Assembly: GCA_964434285.1 (NCBI GenBank)
Contig: CAYSUJ010000005.1
Coordinates: 1-63,835, forward strand
DNA from: an uncultured Candidatus Saccharibacteria bacterium
GTDB lineage: Bacteria > Patescibacteriota > Minisyncoccia > Phycocordibacterales > UBA2100
Direction of reading: 5' to 3'
Length of the DNA stretch: 63,835 nt
Part shown: positions 55,583 to 63,835 of the stretch, in pieces
Layout of the letters: every line of letters begins with the position of its first letter
How positions within the stretch are numbered: the stretch's first letter is position 1
Program-made: the position numbers and the translations under genes
The notes under the pieces: generated by a model
Seen by the model: the letters and a program-made list of their open reading frames with translations, nothing else
What the model was told of the DNA's origin: nothing
Database searches by the model: none

Positions 55583-56333
55583 AGGGTTGAATGATCTTTA
55601 TAGTATGTTCGTACTCCGGAAACAACTCCTCTATCCGACGTCGAAAATGCTCGGAGTCCTGTGAGGCACGGAAATAAATAGAGCCCGAACCATTTGTTTC
55701 GAAACGACGATCCGCCTCCTCTGCGACAGAATCAGCGGGGTCAAGTATCTCTACACTTCCAAACGCTACCCGAGCCTCTTCCTCAATAATGTGGCGCGCG
55801 AACGGATAGTGTGTACACCCGAGGAAGACATAGTCGAGCGGCTGCCGCCAGCGTTTCTGAAACTCTGTTCGCACAATATCTCGAATTTTGTCATCGTGAG
55901 CTCCAAATTCAATTGCTCCAGCGAGATCGCGAACTGCGTGTTGATGCAAAATGACCATGCCACCAAACGCGCTTTCATAGATGCGTGAAGTTACCGTTGC
56001 TGGAGTTGCTAGAAGGAGCACACGTCCTCCGGCGTAGTGACGCATGCCACGCGCAGCTGGGCGCGTCATTTCAATGACATCTGCTCCTTCAGCGCCATGA
56101 TTCAGTACGTGGGGGGATACCGTGTTGCACGCGCTCACGATCTCTTGCGAGCCAAACATACGGAGTGTGCGGAGACCGTTCGTCGCAAGGTGCACGAGTT
56201 CGTGGCTCGCTCGCGTGCCATACGGCGCGTGCTTGATGTCACCGAAATAGACGACATCGGCCAGCGGATTGCGCCTCCGTATCGCCTGGAGCACAGATAA
56301 TCCTCCAGAGCCTGAATCAAAAAGTCCGATCAT
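55569..56333 (-). CDS. murI: Glutamate racemase MurI
   Basis: 254-aa ORF with IGLFDSGSGGLSV and LGCTHYPF motifs. Confidence 0.9.
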   Translation of the reverse strand: MIGLFDSGSGGLSVLQAIRRRNPLADVVYFGDIKHAPYGTRASHELVHLATNGLRTLRMFGSQEIVSACNTVSPHVLNHGAEGADVIEMTRPAARGMRHYAGGRVLLLATPATVTSRIYESAFGGMVILHQHAVRDLAGAIEFGAHDDKIRDIVRTEFQKRWRQPLDYVFLGCTHYPFARHIIEEEARVAFGSVEILDPADSVAEEADRRFETNGSGSIYFRASQDSEHFRRRIEELFPEYEHTIKIIQPYGSL

Positions 56334-56336
56334 GGT

Positions 56337-57416
56337 TTAGTAGTGTGTGTATTCGTTATCAAGAAACTCCTTCAGTCTTCTCAATCCTTCGTCGATTTTC
56401 GCCACATCAAGCGCGTAGCTAAAGCGCACATGATCGGGCGCACCGAACCACGCGCCGTCATACGTAATCATGCGGTAGGTATAGTATAAGTCACTCACAA
56501 CACGACCCGAATTTTTAAGTTTGGGGAGCACGTAAAACGCACCCTCTGGCTCCCACAATTGAAGCCCTAATGCACACATGCCCCCAAACATGCGATCGCG
56601 TCGCTCCTTCCATGTGTCGACATAGGAGGTGACGTAGGAGCGCGGCGAAAGAAGGGCGGCGAGCGCCATGTCTTGCGCGAGAATCGACGTGTTCATCGCT
56701 GTGTGTGTTTTCATTTCCACCACTTTCCGAACGAGCTCTGCATCTTTTGAAAACAAATACCCAACACGCAAACCACACATAGCGTAGGTTTTCGAAAATG
56801 AGTTGATCGTGACCACGTGCGGCCCGTGCAGAAGATAATTTTCTCGAACGTAAATAAGATCCTTGTAGACTTCGTCGGAGAGAATGTAGATTCCTTCGCG
56901 TGCGCAGAATTGTTCGACAGCTTTCAGCGTTTCGACATCCTGCACCGTACCTGTCGGATTTGAGGGTGAATTGATCATGACCGCGACAGCGCCCTTCGCA
57001 GCCTTCTCAAACGCTTCAAGATCGATCTTTCCACCCACCAGGTCGTAATACACGGGCTCCATGCCTGCGAGGCGAACATTGTGCGGATACGAATAGTAGT
57101 ACGGGCGCGGAAGCGCCACCTTCCCCACTGTACCCCGATCTTCTGGAGCAATTGCGCGCAGCACAAGATCAATCGCCTCCGAAGCGCCATTCGTTATGAC
57201 AAAATCATCTGGCTCTGCGTCGGGATACTGCTTTGCGAGTTCACTTCGAAGCGCAACGGAGCCGGCGACAGGCCCATACTTAAACCCGCGATGGCTCGCA
57301 AGAATAGCAAACGCCTCTTCTGGCGGCGGCAAATCCGGCTGCCCGGAGCCAAATGAAATGAGCGAATCATCTCCCTTTCCAATGAAAAAGGACGGGCCAG
57401 GGATTGGGTGGTTCAT
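56337..57416 (-). CDS. Pyridoxal-phosphate-dependent aminotransferase (class I/II)
   Basis: 359-aa ORF with a PLP-lysine motif (SFSKTYAMCGLRVGY) and an NPSNPTG motif. Confidence 0.85.
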   Translation of the reverse strand: MNHPIPGPSFFIGKGDDSLISFGSGQPDLPPPEEAFAILASHRGFKYGPVAGSVALRSELAKQYPDAEPDDFVITNGASEAIDLVLRAIAPEDRGTVGKVALPRPYYYSYPHNVRLAGMEPVYYDLVGGKIDLEAFEKAAKGAVAVMINSPSNPTGTVQDVETLKAVEQFCAREGIYILSDEVYKDLIYVRENYLLHGPHVVTINSFSKTYAMCGLRVGYLFSKDAELVRKVVEMKTHTAMNTSILAQDMALAALLSPRSYVTSYVDTWKERRDRMFGGMCALGLQLWEPEGAFYVLPKLKNSGRVVSDLYYTYRMITYDGAWFGAPDHVRFSYALDVAKIDEGLRRLKEFLDNEYTHY

Positions 57417-57458
57417 GAGGCGATTCTATAGTTACTTACCGAGATGCACAAACCCGAG

Positions 57459-57540
57459 TGCCGTGAGAGGGAGTTGAACCCTCAACCCTTGCGGGACACG
57501 CTTCTGAGACGTGCGCGTATGCCAGTTCCGCCACCACGGC
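57459..57540 (-). tRNA. tRNA-Leu (anticodon CAG), class II with a long variable arm; CCA not encoded
   Basis: Folded by hand. The acceptor stem is GCCGTGG/TCACGGC, the D-arm is GCGGAACTGGCATACGC, the anticodon stem-loop is CACGT-CTCAGAA-GCGTG, the variable arm is CCC-GCAA-GGG, and the T-arm is GAGGG-TTCAACT-CCCTC. Confidence 0.9.
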
Positions 57541-57574
57541 AAGAAAGCCATTGTACGCAGAAGTGACCCGTTAC

Positions 57575-57973
57575 TCAATCGTTTTGTGCTCCTGCCGTAG
57601 GCGGGAGAAATTGATATGCGATCGTCCCACCACTTTCACTCAAGCGCGCGAAACCAGCGCGCTGGAGTGATATGCAGCTTGCCACGTTCTGCGCCTCAAC
57701 ACTCGCATGAATGGTGTAGCCCGGGAAGCTCCTGATAATAGTGCGGAGTACGAGTTCGCCGAGGGAGCGCTTTTGTGCACCCTCTTTCCGACCGTGAAAT
57801 TTTTCGTCTATGCCGTAGTGCCTAAGTGTTATTTCTTTTGCATCGTCGTCCCGCTGAATGCGAACGACCCCGACATTCTCCCCCGCATAGGTAACGATGC
57901 CACGCTCGACACTTTCCTGATCGCGACTCTCCCATGCTATAGAAACGCTCGGCTCATTCTGTATTCCCTCCAT
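57575..57973 (-). CDS. Putative GNAT-family N-acetyltransferase
   Basis: About 132 aa from MEGIQNE. The size and beta-alpha pattern fit a GNAT and it has a weak motif A (HGRKEGAQKRSLGELVLR). Confidence 0.4.
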   Translation of the reverse strand: MEGIQNEPSVSIAWESRDQESVERGIVTYAGENVGVVRIQRDDDAKEITLRHYGIDEKFHGRKEGAQKRSLGELVLRTIIRSFPGYTIHASVEAQNVASCISLQRAGFARLSESGGTIAYQFLPPTAGAQND

Positions 57974-57974
57974 A

Positions 57975-59276
57975 CTATGTAGCCTCAATAGAAGCACCCA
58001 GCACTTTCAATCGTTCGTGCAGGTTTTCGTACCCGCGGTTGATGGGGTACACATTCTGAAGCTCGGATTCCCCTTCCGCGGTGAGCATGCCGATGAGAAG
58101 CATGGTTGCTGGGCGGAGCGCGGGCGGCGCTTCCAGCTGCACAGAATGAAGTTTCGAGGGGCCGGTTATCTCGACGCGATGCGGATCGAGCTGTGAAATG
58201 TGCGCACCAAACTTGTTCATCAGCATGTAGTACTGAGCGCGACCTTCATACACCCAATCGTGAATAAGTGTTGTGCCTCCAGCTTGTGTGGCAACGGGCA
58301 CGAAAAACGGGAGGTTGTCGATGTTGATGCCCGGATACGGACGCGGCGCAATTTTTTCCGGCGGCGCCTTTAAGACGCCACCTTTCTGCACAGTGATATC
58401 CACGAGCCGTGTGTGTCTATTTTCTGCAAGATACTCTTCGGTGCGCGTATGGCGTACACCCATGCTCCAGAGCGTCGCAAGTTCGAGCTCGAGGAAGTCT
58501 ATTGGGCAGCGTTTAATCGTGATCGCGGAACGCGTCGTCGCAGCAAGCGAGATAAAAAACATGCTCTCTATCGGATCCTCGCTCGGATACCCAATAACAT
58601 CGGCGTTGATTTCCTCAACACCATGCACGACAAGCGTCGAAGTGCCGATACCTTCAATCTTCACGCCGCAACGCTCAAGGAAGAAGCAGAGATCCTGCAC
58701 CATGTAGTTTGCGCTCGCAAATTTGATTGTCGTGACGCCCGAAATCTTCGCCGCAGCCATAAGCACATTCTCAACCCCCGTGTCGGACGCTTCATACATG
58801 ATGATTTCGCGCGGCTTCTTGTCGCCCACCTCAACGTGATAGCTGTGTGTCTCTTCGCTTCCGACAAGATTGATGCCCAACCGTTCAAGCGCATCGATGT
58901 GCGCGCCGAGCGAACGCTTTCCTAAATTGCACCCCTGTGGTGCCGGCAAATCAAATGACGATAGCAGGTGCGCGAGTGGTGCCACAAAGAGCGCGATTGA
59001 GCGTGTGCGCTGAGCGGCTTCCTGGTTAATCCCCGCCAGGTTGAATGTGGTGGGAGGCTGAATGACTACGTCACCATTTTGCCATTCGACGGAAACACCG
59101 ATGGATTGGAGCACTTCGATAAGTCGGTTCACCTCCTCAATATGAGGCATGCGCTTCAAGGTCGTCCTGCCCCTATTCAAGAGCGACGCAGCAAGAAGCG
59201 CCACCGCGGCGTTCTTTGAGATGTTTGTGGTCACTTCCCCCGAAAGCGCTTTCCCCCCGATGACGCGGTAGTTCAT
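57975..59276 (-). CDS. murA: UDP-N-acetylglucosamine 1-carboxyvinyltransferase MurA
   Basis: 433-aa ORF containing ISKNAAVALLAASLL and LPAPQGCNLGKRSLGAHIDAL, which holds the active-site Cys region. Its length is typical for MurA. Confidence 0.9.
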   Translation of the reverse strand: MNYRVIGGKALSGEVTTNISKNAAVALLAASLLNRGRTTLKRMPHIEEVNRLIEVLQSIGVSVEWQNGDVVIQPPTTFNLAGINQEAAQRTRSIALFVAPLAHLLSSFDLPAPQGCNLGKRSLGAHIDALERLGINLVGSEETHSYHVEVGDKKPREIIMYEASDTGVENVLMAAAKISGVTTIKFASANYMVQDLCFFLERCGVKIEGIGTSTLVVHGVEEINADVIGYPSEDPIESMFFISLAATTRSAITIKRCPIDFLELELATLWSMGVRHTRTEEYLAENRHTRLVDITVQKGGVLKAPPEKIAPRPYPGINIDNLPFFVPVATQAGGTTLIHDWVYEGRAQYYMLMNKFGAHISQLDPHRVEITGPSKLHSVQLEAPPALRPATMLLIGMLTAEGESELQNVYPINRGYENLHERLKVLGASIEAT

Positions 59277-59328
59277 AGGTGATGATTAGTTTTACATGGA
59301 CGGGAGACTCTGTCTAAGGCTTCCCGCT

Positions 59329-59627
59329 CTCGCACCTTGTGGTCAGGCGTTCAGTTTGCTGTCTGGGGTCGGCAGACGACGCGCAAACTGCCGCACGACC
59401 CTGCCTCGCGGTTTCGTCTGCTGACGAAACATCGCTCCGGCTCGCACTGACGCAGAAAACCTGCCGCAGGGCAGGTCTTTCTGTACTTGTGGTCAGGAAT
59501 AATCTTTTTGCCGTCGCAAAAAGATTTTCCCGACCCGGACTCCGCTGTTCCGCTTGCTAGCGGAACATGCGTCCGTCTCGCACTAACGCGAAAAAAGCTG
59601 GCGCAGGCCAGCTCTTTTCGTCGTTAG
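59329..59627 (-). repeat. Tandem, hairpin-dense non-coding modules between tRNA-Ile and murA
   Basis: CTTGTGGTCAGG occurs twice, at 59336 and 59486 (150-nt period). CTCGCAC occurs three times, at 59329, 59441 and 59577. Each unit carries 2-3 perfect hairpins, for example GTTTCGTC-TGC-TGACGAAAC, GTTCCGCT-TGCT-AGCGGAAC and AATCTTTTTGC-CGTC-GCAAAAAGATT. Confidence 0.6.
59590..59613 (-). terminator. Rho-independent terminator downstream of tRNA-Ile
   Basis: The hairpin AGCTGGC-CTGC-GCCAGCT is followed by TTTTTT on the minus strand. Confidence 0.6.
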
Positions 59628-59700
59628 TGCGCGCACTAGGGGTCGAACCTAGGACCTTTCGAGTATCAGTCGAATGCTCTACCAGCTGAGCTATGCGCGC
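59628..59700 (-). tRNA. tRNA-Ile (anticodon GAU); CCA not encoded
   Basis: Folded by hand. The acceptor stem is GCGCGCA/TGCGCGC, the D-arm is GCTC-AGCTGGTA-GAGC, the anticodon stem-loop is TTCGA-CTGATAC-TCGAA, and the T-arm is CTAGG-TTCGACC-CCTAG. Confidence 0.9.
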
Positions 59701-59816
59701 TTCTGGTGTATTGCTGGGCCTTCCCCAGCGTGGATAGGATGGTAGCAAAAATAAGGCGAATATGCTACCTTTCCGAGCGCGACTAGTGAGTCGCGCATCT
59801 AGAGAAGGAGCTTCGA

Positions 59817-59975
59817 ATGTCGTCGACTGATACGCAGAAAAACGGTGGCAAATCCAAAAAGCAACCCGGGCGTCGTTTCAAGGCCGGCAAGGCCGCTCGA
59901 CGCAAAGCAGAGCAAGATGCCATGCGCCTCCACACCGAGCGCGCAAGCCAGCCGGGCCACCGAGCCTCAACGTAA
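59817..59975 (+). CDS. Small basic hypothetical protein (52 aa)
   Basis: The ATG is preceded by GAAGGAG at 59804-59810 with a 6-nt spacer. The product is MSSTDTQKNGGKSKKQPGRRFKAGKAARRKAEQD... It falls below the ORF-track length cut-off. Confidence 0.3.
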   Translation: MSSTDTQKNGGKSKKQPGRRFKAGKAARRKAEQDAMRLHTERASQPGHRAST

Positions 59976-60073
59976 CATCCTCGACTCATTCCACCGTGCG
60001 GCGCGCCATAGGCGCGCCGCTTTCTTTGTAAGTATCCCTGACCACCTCCGTCATGAGTGCTATCATCAATCAT

Positions 60074-60394
60074 ATGAAAACATTTCTCATTGGTGCCCTC
60101 ATTATCATTCTTGGCGCAGCGGGTTATTACTTCTTTGTCATGCAACCGGCAGAGCCGAATATGCAACCCACGACCTCCATTGGCACCCCCGCCCCCGGTA
60201 ACGAAGGCAACTATCCAGAACCCACAAGCAAACTCAATATTGTTACCATCTGCACCGAATCCCTCGCCTATATGTCGTTCCCGAGCGGTGCTGAAGCTGA
60301 AGCCTGGGTCGCAGCCTGCAAGCGCGGCGAGCACCCTGAGGCGATCGAGCAGTGGAAGCAGATGAACGGCATTATGGACGATCGGGTGATTTAG
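60074..60394 (+). CDS. Small membrane-anchored/secreted hypothetical protein
   Basis: It begins MKTFLIGALIIILGAAGYYF, a TM or signal helix, followed by a soluble domain. It is much more protein-like than the antisense 183-aa ORF. Confidence 0.45.
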   Translation: MKTFLIGALIIILGAAGYYFFVMQPAEPNMQPTTSIGTPAPGNEGNYPEPTSKLNIVTICTESLAYMSFPSGAEAEAWVAACKRGEHPEAIEQWKQMNGIMDDRVI

Positions 60395-61036
60395 CTAACC
60401 GTAGCAAGTGCATCTTTCTCAAACCAGAGACAGATGGTGTCTTTTGGGTAGTCGTACGCCACACGATACCAAGTCCACACTTTATTTCTTCTTACTCCCG
60501 AATAAATCGTCGAGTCGTGATAGCCAAGGAATTTCAGTCTCTTCACCTTTTCTCAGTATCCGCCCCAAGACTATATGAACGAGTAACCAGGAAGGTGGCA
60601 ACAAGAATATCATTCCGATGTCGGGCAAAAAAGTGTACTGTGCAAGTCGCGCAAATATGAACGCGATAAAAAACTCCACCCAAAGCGCCCCATATCACTG
60701 CTGACCATTTTTATTATCTTGAGTCATCGTTCCATTCTCTCACAAATTCAACTTAACGAACATGCTCAACACAAAACCACCCTACCGGGCGTTTTGTGTC
60801 TGTATTTTTCTATACGCTAGACACTCGCAGCTCGACGCTGCTCGCATACACACTCTTTTGTTTCGTCCAATACCCCGGTCTTTCCCGGCGTCCGACATAT
60901 TGAAGGGTCTAATGTCATGACCCTTCTGTGCTCGATCGAGACACAGAAATCGACATCACGTGTTTGAAGTCTCCGAGGAGACAAAACCGTTGATTAGAAT
61001 GAATCCACGAGCAGCTTCCGCTACCCGTGCCTTGTT

Positions 61037-61806
61037 CATGTTTTTCCCTCGTATCGCTACAAGGCATGGACTATATCATCATCCTCTCTCGCATGATTGC
61101 GAACTTCCGTGGATGCCATGAACCTATCGTTGTAACGAATTGTTGATGTGATTTGGTGGATACGAATATCCGCCAATAATCCGGATCAACATTGATGCTT
61201 GGGTTATGGACTAACCCCGACGATATGTGCAAAGCAGATAACATTGCTTTTAGTTTTGCAATCTTGATTGGATCTTTTTGAACGAGTTGAATGTAGAATT
61301 TACTTTGCAGATTGCGGGGGATCCCTCCTTCTGCATCGAAGAAACCGCGAATATACGCGATTCGTTCTACTAGCTCTTTCAACTGAACTGGATCAAGATT
61401 GAAGTCGAGAAATTGTGCGGTTGTTTCCAACGCATACACATCTCGATCTTTTCCTTCGCGATACATCCACGATTTATACCCGAGTTCTTGAAGAAGACTC
61501 TTCAAAACATCGAGCTATTCAGTGCCTTTTTGGACGAACCGAATGCGTGTTCGTTTGTTTCGCGAAGCATCATGCAATGCTCCTTGTAAGTACGCTTCTA
61601 TTTCTTTTCGCGAGAAAGGCGATTGGCGTGTAGTCTCTGAGGGGTCAATTACGACTTCCCTGCTGATTTTCTGCACCTGAAGCATTGTCACAAATCGCAA
61701 TTTTATCACGATTTGTAGCCCAGGATTCTCAGTGTTTCCAGCATATAGCCAATTTTATTTTTCCAGGAATTACTCCCTGGCGTCGCAACGGACGCAGTAT
61801 GCGTCT
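61037..61806 (-). other. 16S insertion 2 (770 nt) after the U1498 equivalent; its boundaries are compatible with a group I intron
   Basis: The exon ends ...AAGTCGT (U) and the insert ends ...AAAAACATG (G). Exon sequence resumes as AACAAGGCACGGG. The insert carries a LAGLIDADG ORF. Confidence 0.7.
61071..61709 (-). pseudogene. Double-motif LAGLIDADG homing endonuclease interrupted by one in-frame TAG
   Basis: ORFs 61515-61709 (first motif, EAYLQGALHDAS) and 61071-61505 (second motif, AYIRGFFDAEGG) are in the same frame. A single TAG at 61515-61517 separates them. Confidence 0.65.
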
Positions 61807-61892
61807 ACGACTTACTCTTTGTCATTGAGTTTGCCTTGATGCATCGCAAGGATGCGCTTCGGGCACTCCCAACTTCCCTGAGTTGACGGGCG

Positions 61893-62731
61893 ATTATCTT
61901 CTTGAATCTAAGAATTGATGTTCCCACGTAGCGAGCGGATTTCCCGCACTACGCGAGCTCAGTGCATTTGCTGTTTCAACTTAAACAACTCTCGTAATCC
62001 TTTCTCCGTGCGATGTGCTTCTTGTTTTAGAAGGAACATCATTTCGCAAAAAACTTCAAAATCGTGTCTTTTTGATACGAATTTGAGACAGTTTCTCTTG
62101 AAAAACGGAATGATTATCGTTTGAAGTTCTTCCCACCGAAAGACTTCATAGCGATAACAATGCTGATGGTTCGGACGATTATCTTTCTGGAAGTAAATAC
62201 TTCCACATCCGAAAAAATCTTGAAGTGCGATGAGAATGTCTTTGTCGCGCTCGATGAGCTTTATGTAGAATTTTGGTTCTACCACCACTCTTCGGGCAAC
62301 TCGTTTCTCTGCATCAGGATTTCTTACGTAGACAGTGAAGCTTCCTTCTCCATCTACGAGCCCAACAACATACTCTGGACTAAGATTCTGCTTTGAGTGA
62401 GTCCTTCTGGTTTGTGCCATACTATGACTCAGCTGACTTCTGACGCTGCGTCAGATTCATTGTATCCCATTACTGGGATATCAGCGTCAGATCTCCACAG
62501 GTCATGTTTATTTCTATTCCTAGCATTCATTGAGAGCTTTCCTTGAGCCTTCCCCATTCTCACCACCCACTTATGGGTCGGCTGACTCTTTGTGTTCAAT
62601 GACTGCTATTTGCATACAGGCCCTCCACTATTTCCCTCGCGGGAAACAGCTGCCCTTAGCTACGCCCTCGACGGTTACGAGGGGCGCGGATTTAAACCGC
62701 GTAGAAATACACACTGCTGTGCGCTTTTATT
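61893..62731 (-). other. 16S insertion 1 (839 nt) between the C1399 and C1400 equivalents; class undetermined
   Basis: It splits the universal GTACACACCGCCCGT block. The upstream exon ends in C and the insert ends ...GATAAT, so the canonical group I U/G boundaries are absent. It contains several tight hairpins and a LAGLIDADG ORF. Confidence 0.7.
61959..62420 (-). CDS. Single-motif LAGLIDADG homing endonuclease (I-CreI-like size)
   Basis: 153-aa intact ORF with LSPEYVVGLVDGEGSF near the N-terminus, located wholly inside 16S insertion 1. Confidence 0.8.
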   Translation of the reverse strand: MAQTRRTHSKQNLSPEYVVGLVDGEGSFTVYVRNPDAEKRVARRVVVEPKFYIKLIERDKDILIALQDFFGCGSIYFQKDNRPNHQHCYRYEVFRWEELQTIIIPFFKRNCLKFVSKRHDFEVFCEMMFLLKQEAHRTEKGLRELFKLKQQMH

Positions 62732-63744
62732 GTGAGTACAAGGCTTGAGAACGTATTCACCGCGGTGTGGCTGACCCGCGATTACTAGTGATTCCGGCTT
62801 CATGAGGTCGGGTTGCAGACCTCAATCCGAACTGGCGCCGCTTTTAAAGATTTGCTCCGTCTTACGACATTGCGCCTCGTTGTAACGGCGATTGTAGCGC
62901 GTGTGCAGCCCAAGATATCAGAGGGACATGCTGACTTGGCGTCATCCCCACCTTCCTCCCCCGTGAGGGGGCAGTCTCGCCTGACAAATATAACAGGCAA
63001 CGAGGGTTGCGTTCGTTACCCCACTGAAGGGAACGATTCAAACCACGAACTGACGACAGCCATGCATCACCTGTCCTACACCCTCGAAGGCTTCCTATCT
63101 TTCGATAGGCGTGCAGTAGGATTTCTAACCTTGGTAAGGTTCTTCGCTTAGCGACGAATTAAGCCACACGCTCCACCACTTGTGCAAGCCCCCGTCTATT
63201 CCTTTGAGTTTTAGTCTTGCGACCGTACTACCCAGGCGGATAACTTAACGCGTTAGCTTCGACTCGGAGAGGGTCGATACTCCCCAAATCCAGTTATCAT
63301 CGTTTAGGGCGTGGACTACCGGGGTATCTAATCCCGTTCGCTACCCACGCTTTCGTGCTTGAGTGTCAGAAACGTACCAGTGAATTGCTTTCGCTTTCGG
63401 TGTTCCCCATGATATCAACGGATTTCACCCCTACACCATGAGTTCCATTCACCTCTTACGTCCTCGAGTCGTGCCGTTTCGCCCGCGTTGCCGGAGTTAA
63501 GCCCCGGTATTTCACAAACGACTAACACGACCACCTACGCACCCTTTACGCCCAATGATTCCGGGTAATGCTCGGGGCCTCTGTATTACCGCTCCTGCTG
63601 GCACAGAGTTAGGAGCCCCTTATTCATGAGGTAACGTCAATTACTTCCTCCCTCATAAAAGATGTTTACGTCCCGAAGGACTTCATCCACCACGCGGCGT
63701 CGCTCGATCAGGCTTTCGCCCATTGTCGAATATTCTCGACTGCA

Positions 63745-63781
<37 letters not shown>

Positions 63782-63835
63782 CGATGGGGAACAGCCTCTC
63801 AGCCCCCCTACTGGTCATAGCCTTGGTGAGCCATT

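Noticed and set aside
59783-60334. A 183-aa minus-strand ORF between tRNA-Ile and the 16S
   Set aside because: It has Gly/Arg/Cys-rich composition and no motifs. The plus-strand ORFs it overlaps have a TM helix and, in one case, an SD motif.
60482-60679. A 65-aa minus-strand ORF in the 16S downstream region that resembles a two-TM peptide
   Set aside because: It has a GTG start, no ribosome-binding signal and no supporting context, and it lies in a probable rRNA trailer or processing region. The evidence is too weak to call.

Overview
This 63.8-kb window looks like a small, gene-dense bacterial genome of the Candidate Phyla Radiation / Patescibacteria type. That lineage call is an inference from the 16S gene architecture, the gene content and the near absence of Shine-Dalgarno motifs. 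Most genes are on the minus strand. From left to right the window holds: (1) a surface-protein block with a tail-fibre-like protein carrying an S74-type chaperone domain, a class-A beta-lactamase-like serine hydrolase and a large Fn3-like protein; (2) secA; (3) a 700-nt non-coding gap with a candidate structured RNA; (4) an O-antigen-ligase-like/TPR protein and a LamG-lipase; (5) a glycan biosynthesis and export island of about 33 kb (13.9-47.1 kb). The island contains a neuC-neuB-neuA nonulosonic-acid module, several Gfo/Idh/MocA oxidoreductases, SDR epimerase/decarboxylases, a Ugd-like dehydrogenase, many GT4/GT2 glycosyltransferases, methyltransferases, a Wzx-like flippase, two GtrA proteins and GT-C/YfhO-like membrane enzymes. 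Further right are: (6) a lamin-tail-domain protein plus a VirD4/TraD-like ATPase; (7) rsmI and a peptidoglycan precursor cluster (murC, murD, murI, an aminotransferase, murA) with tRNA-Leu(CAG) and tRNA-Ile(GAU); (8) the 3' three-quarters of a 16S rRNA gene on the minus strand, cut by the window edge. That 16S gene is interrupted by two large insertions, each carrying a LAGLIDADG homing-endonuclease ORF. The most unusual signals are as follows. A 21-nt palindromic repeat family flanks, and also disrupts, an IS200/RAYT-type HUH transposase wedged between two glycosyltransferase genes, and a fourth copy lies in-frame inside rsmI. Tandem heptanucleotide tracts (NRTAGTT, 3-4 copies) sit inside three unrelated CDSs. 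The 16S 3' tail lacks the canonical CCUCC anti-SD. An orphan 16S V2-like fragment lies in an intergenic region. Several structured non-coding regions are also present. No CRISPR array, prophage or recognisable defence system was seen.
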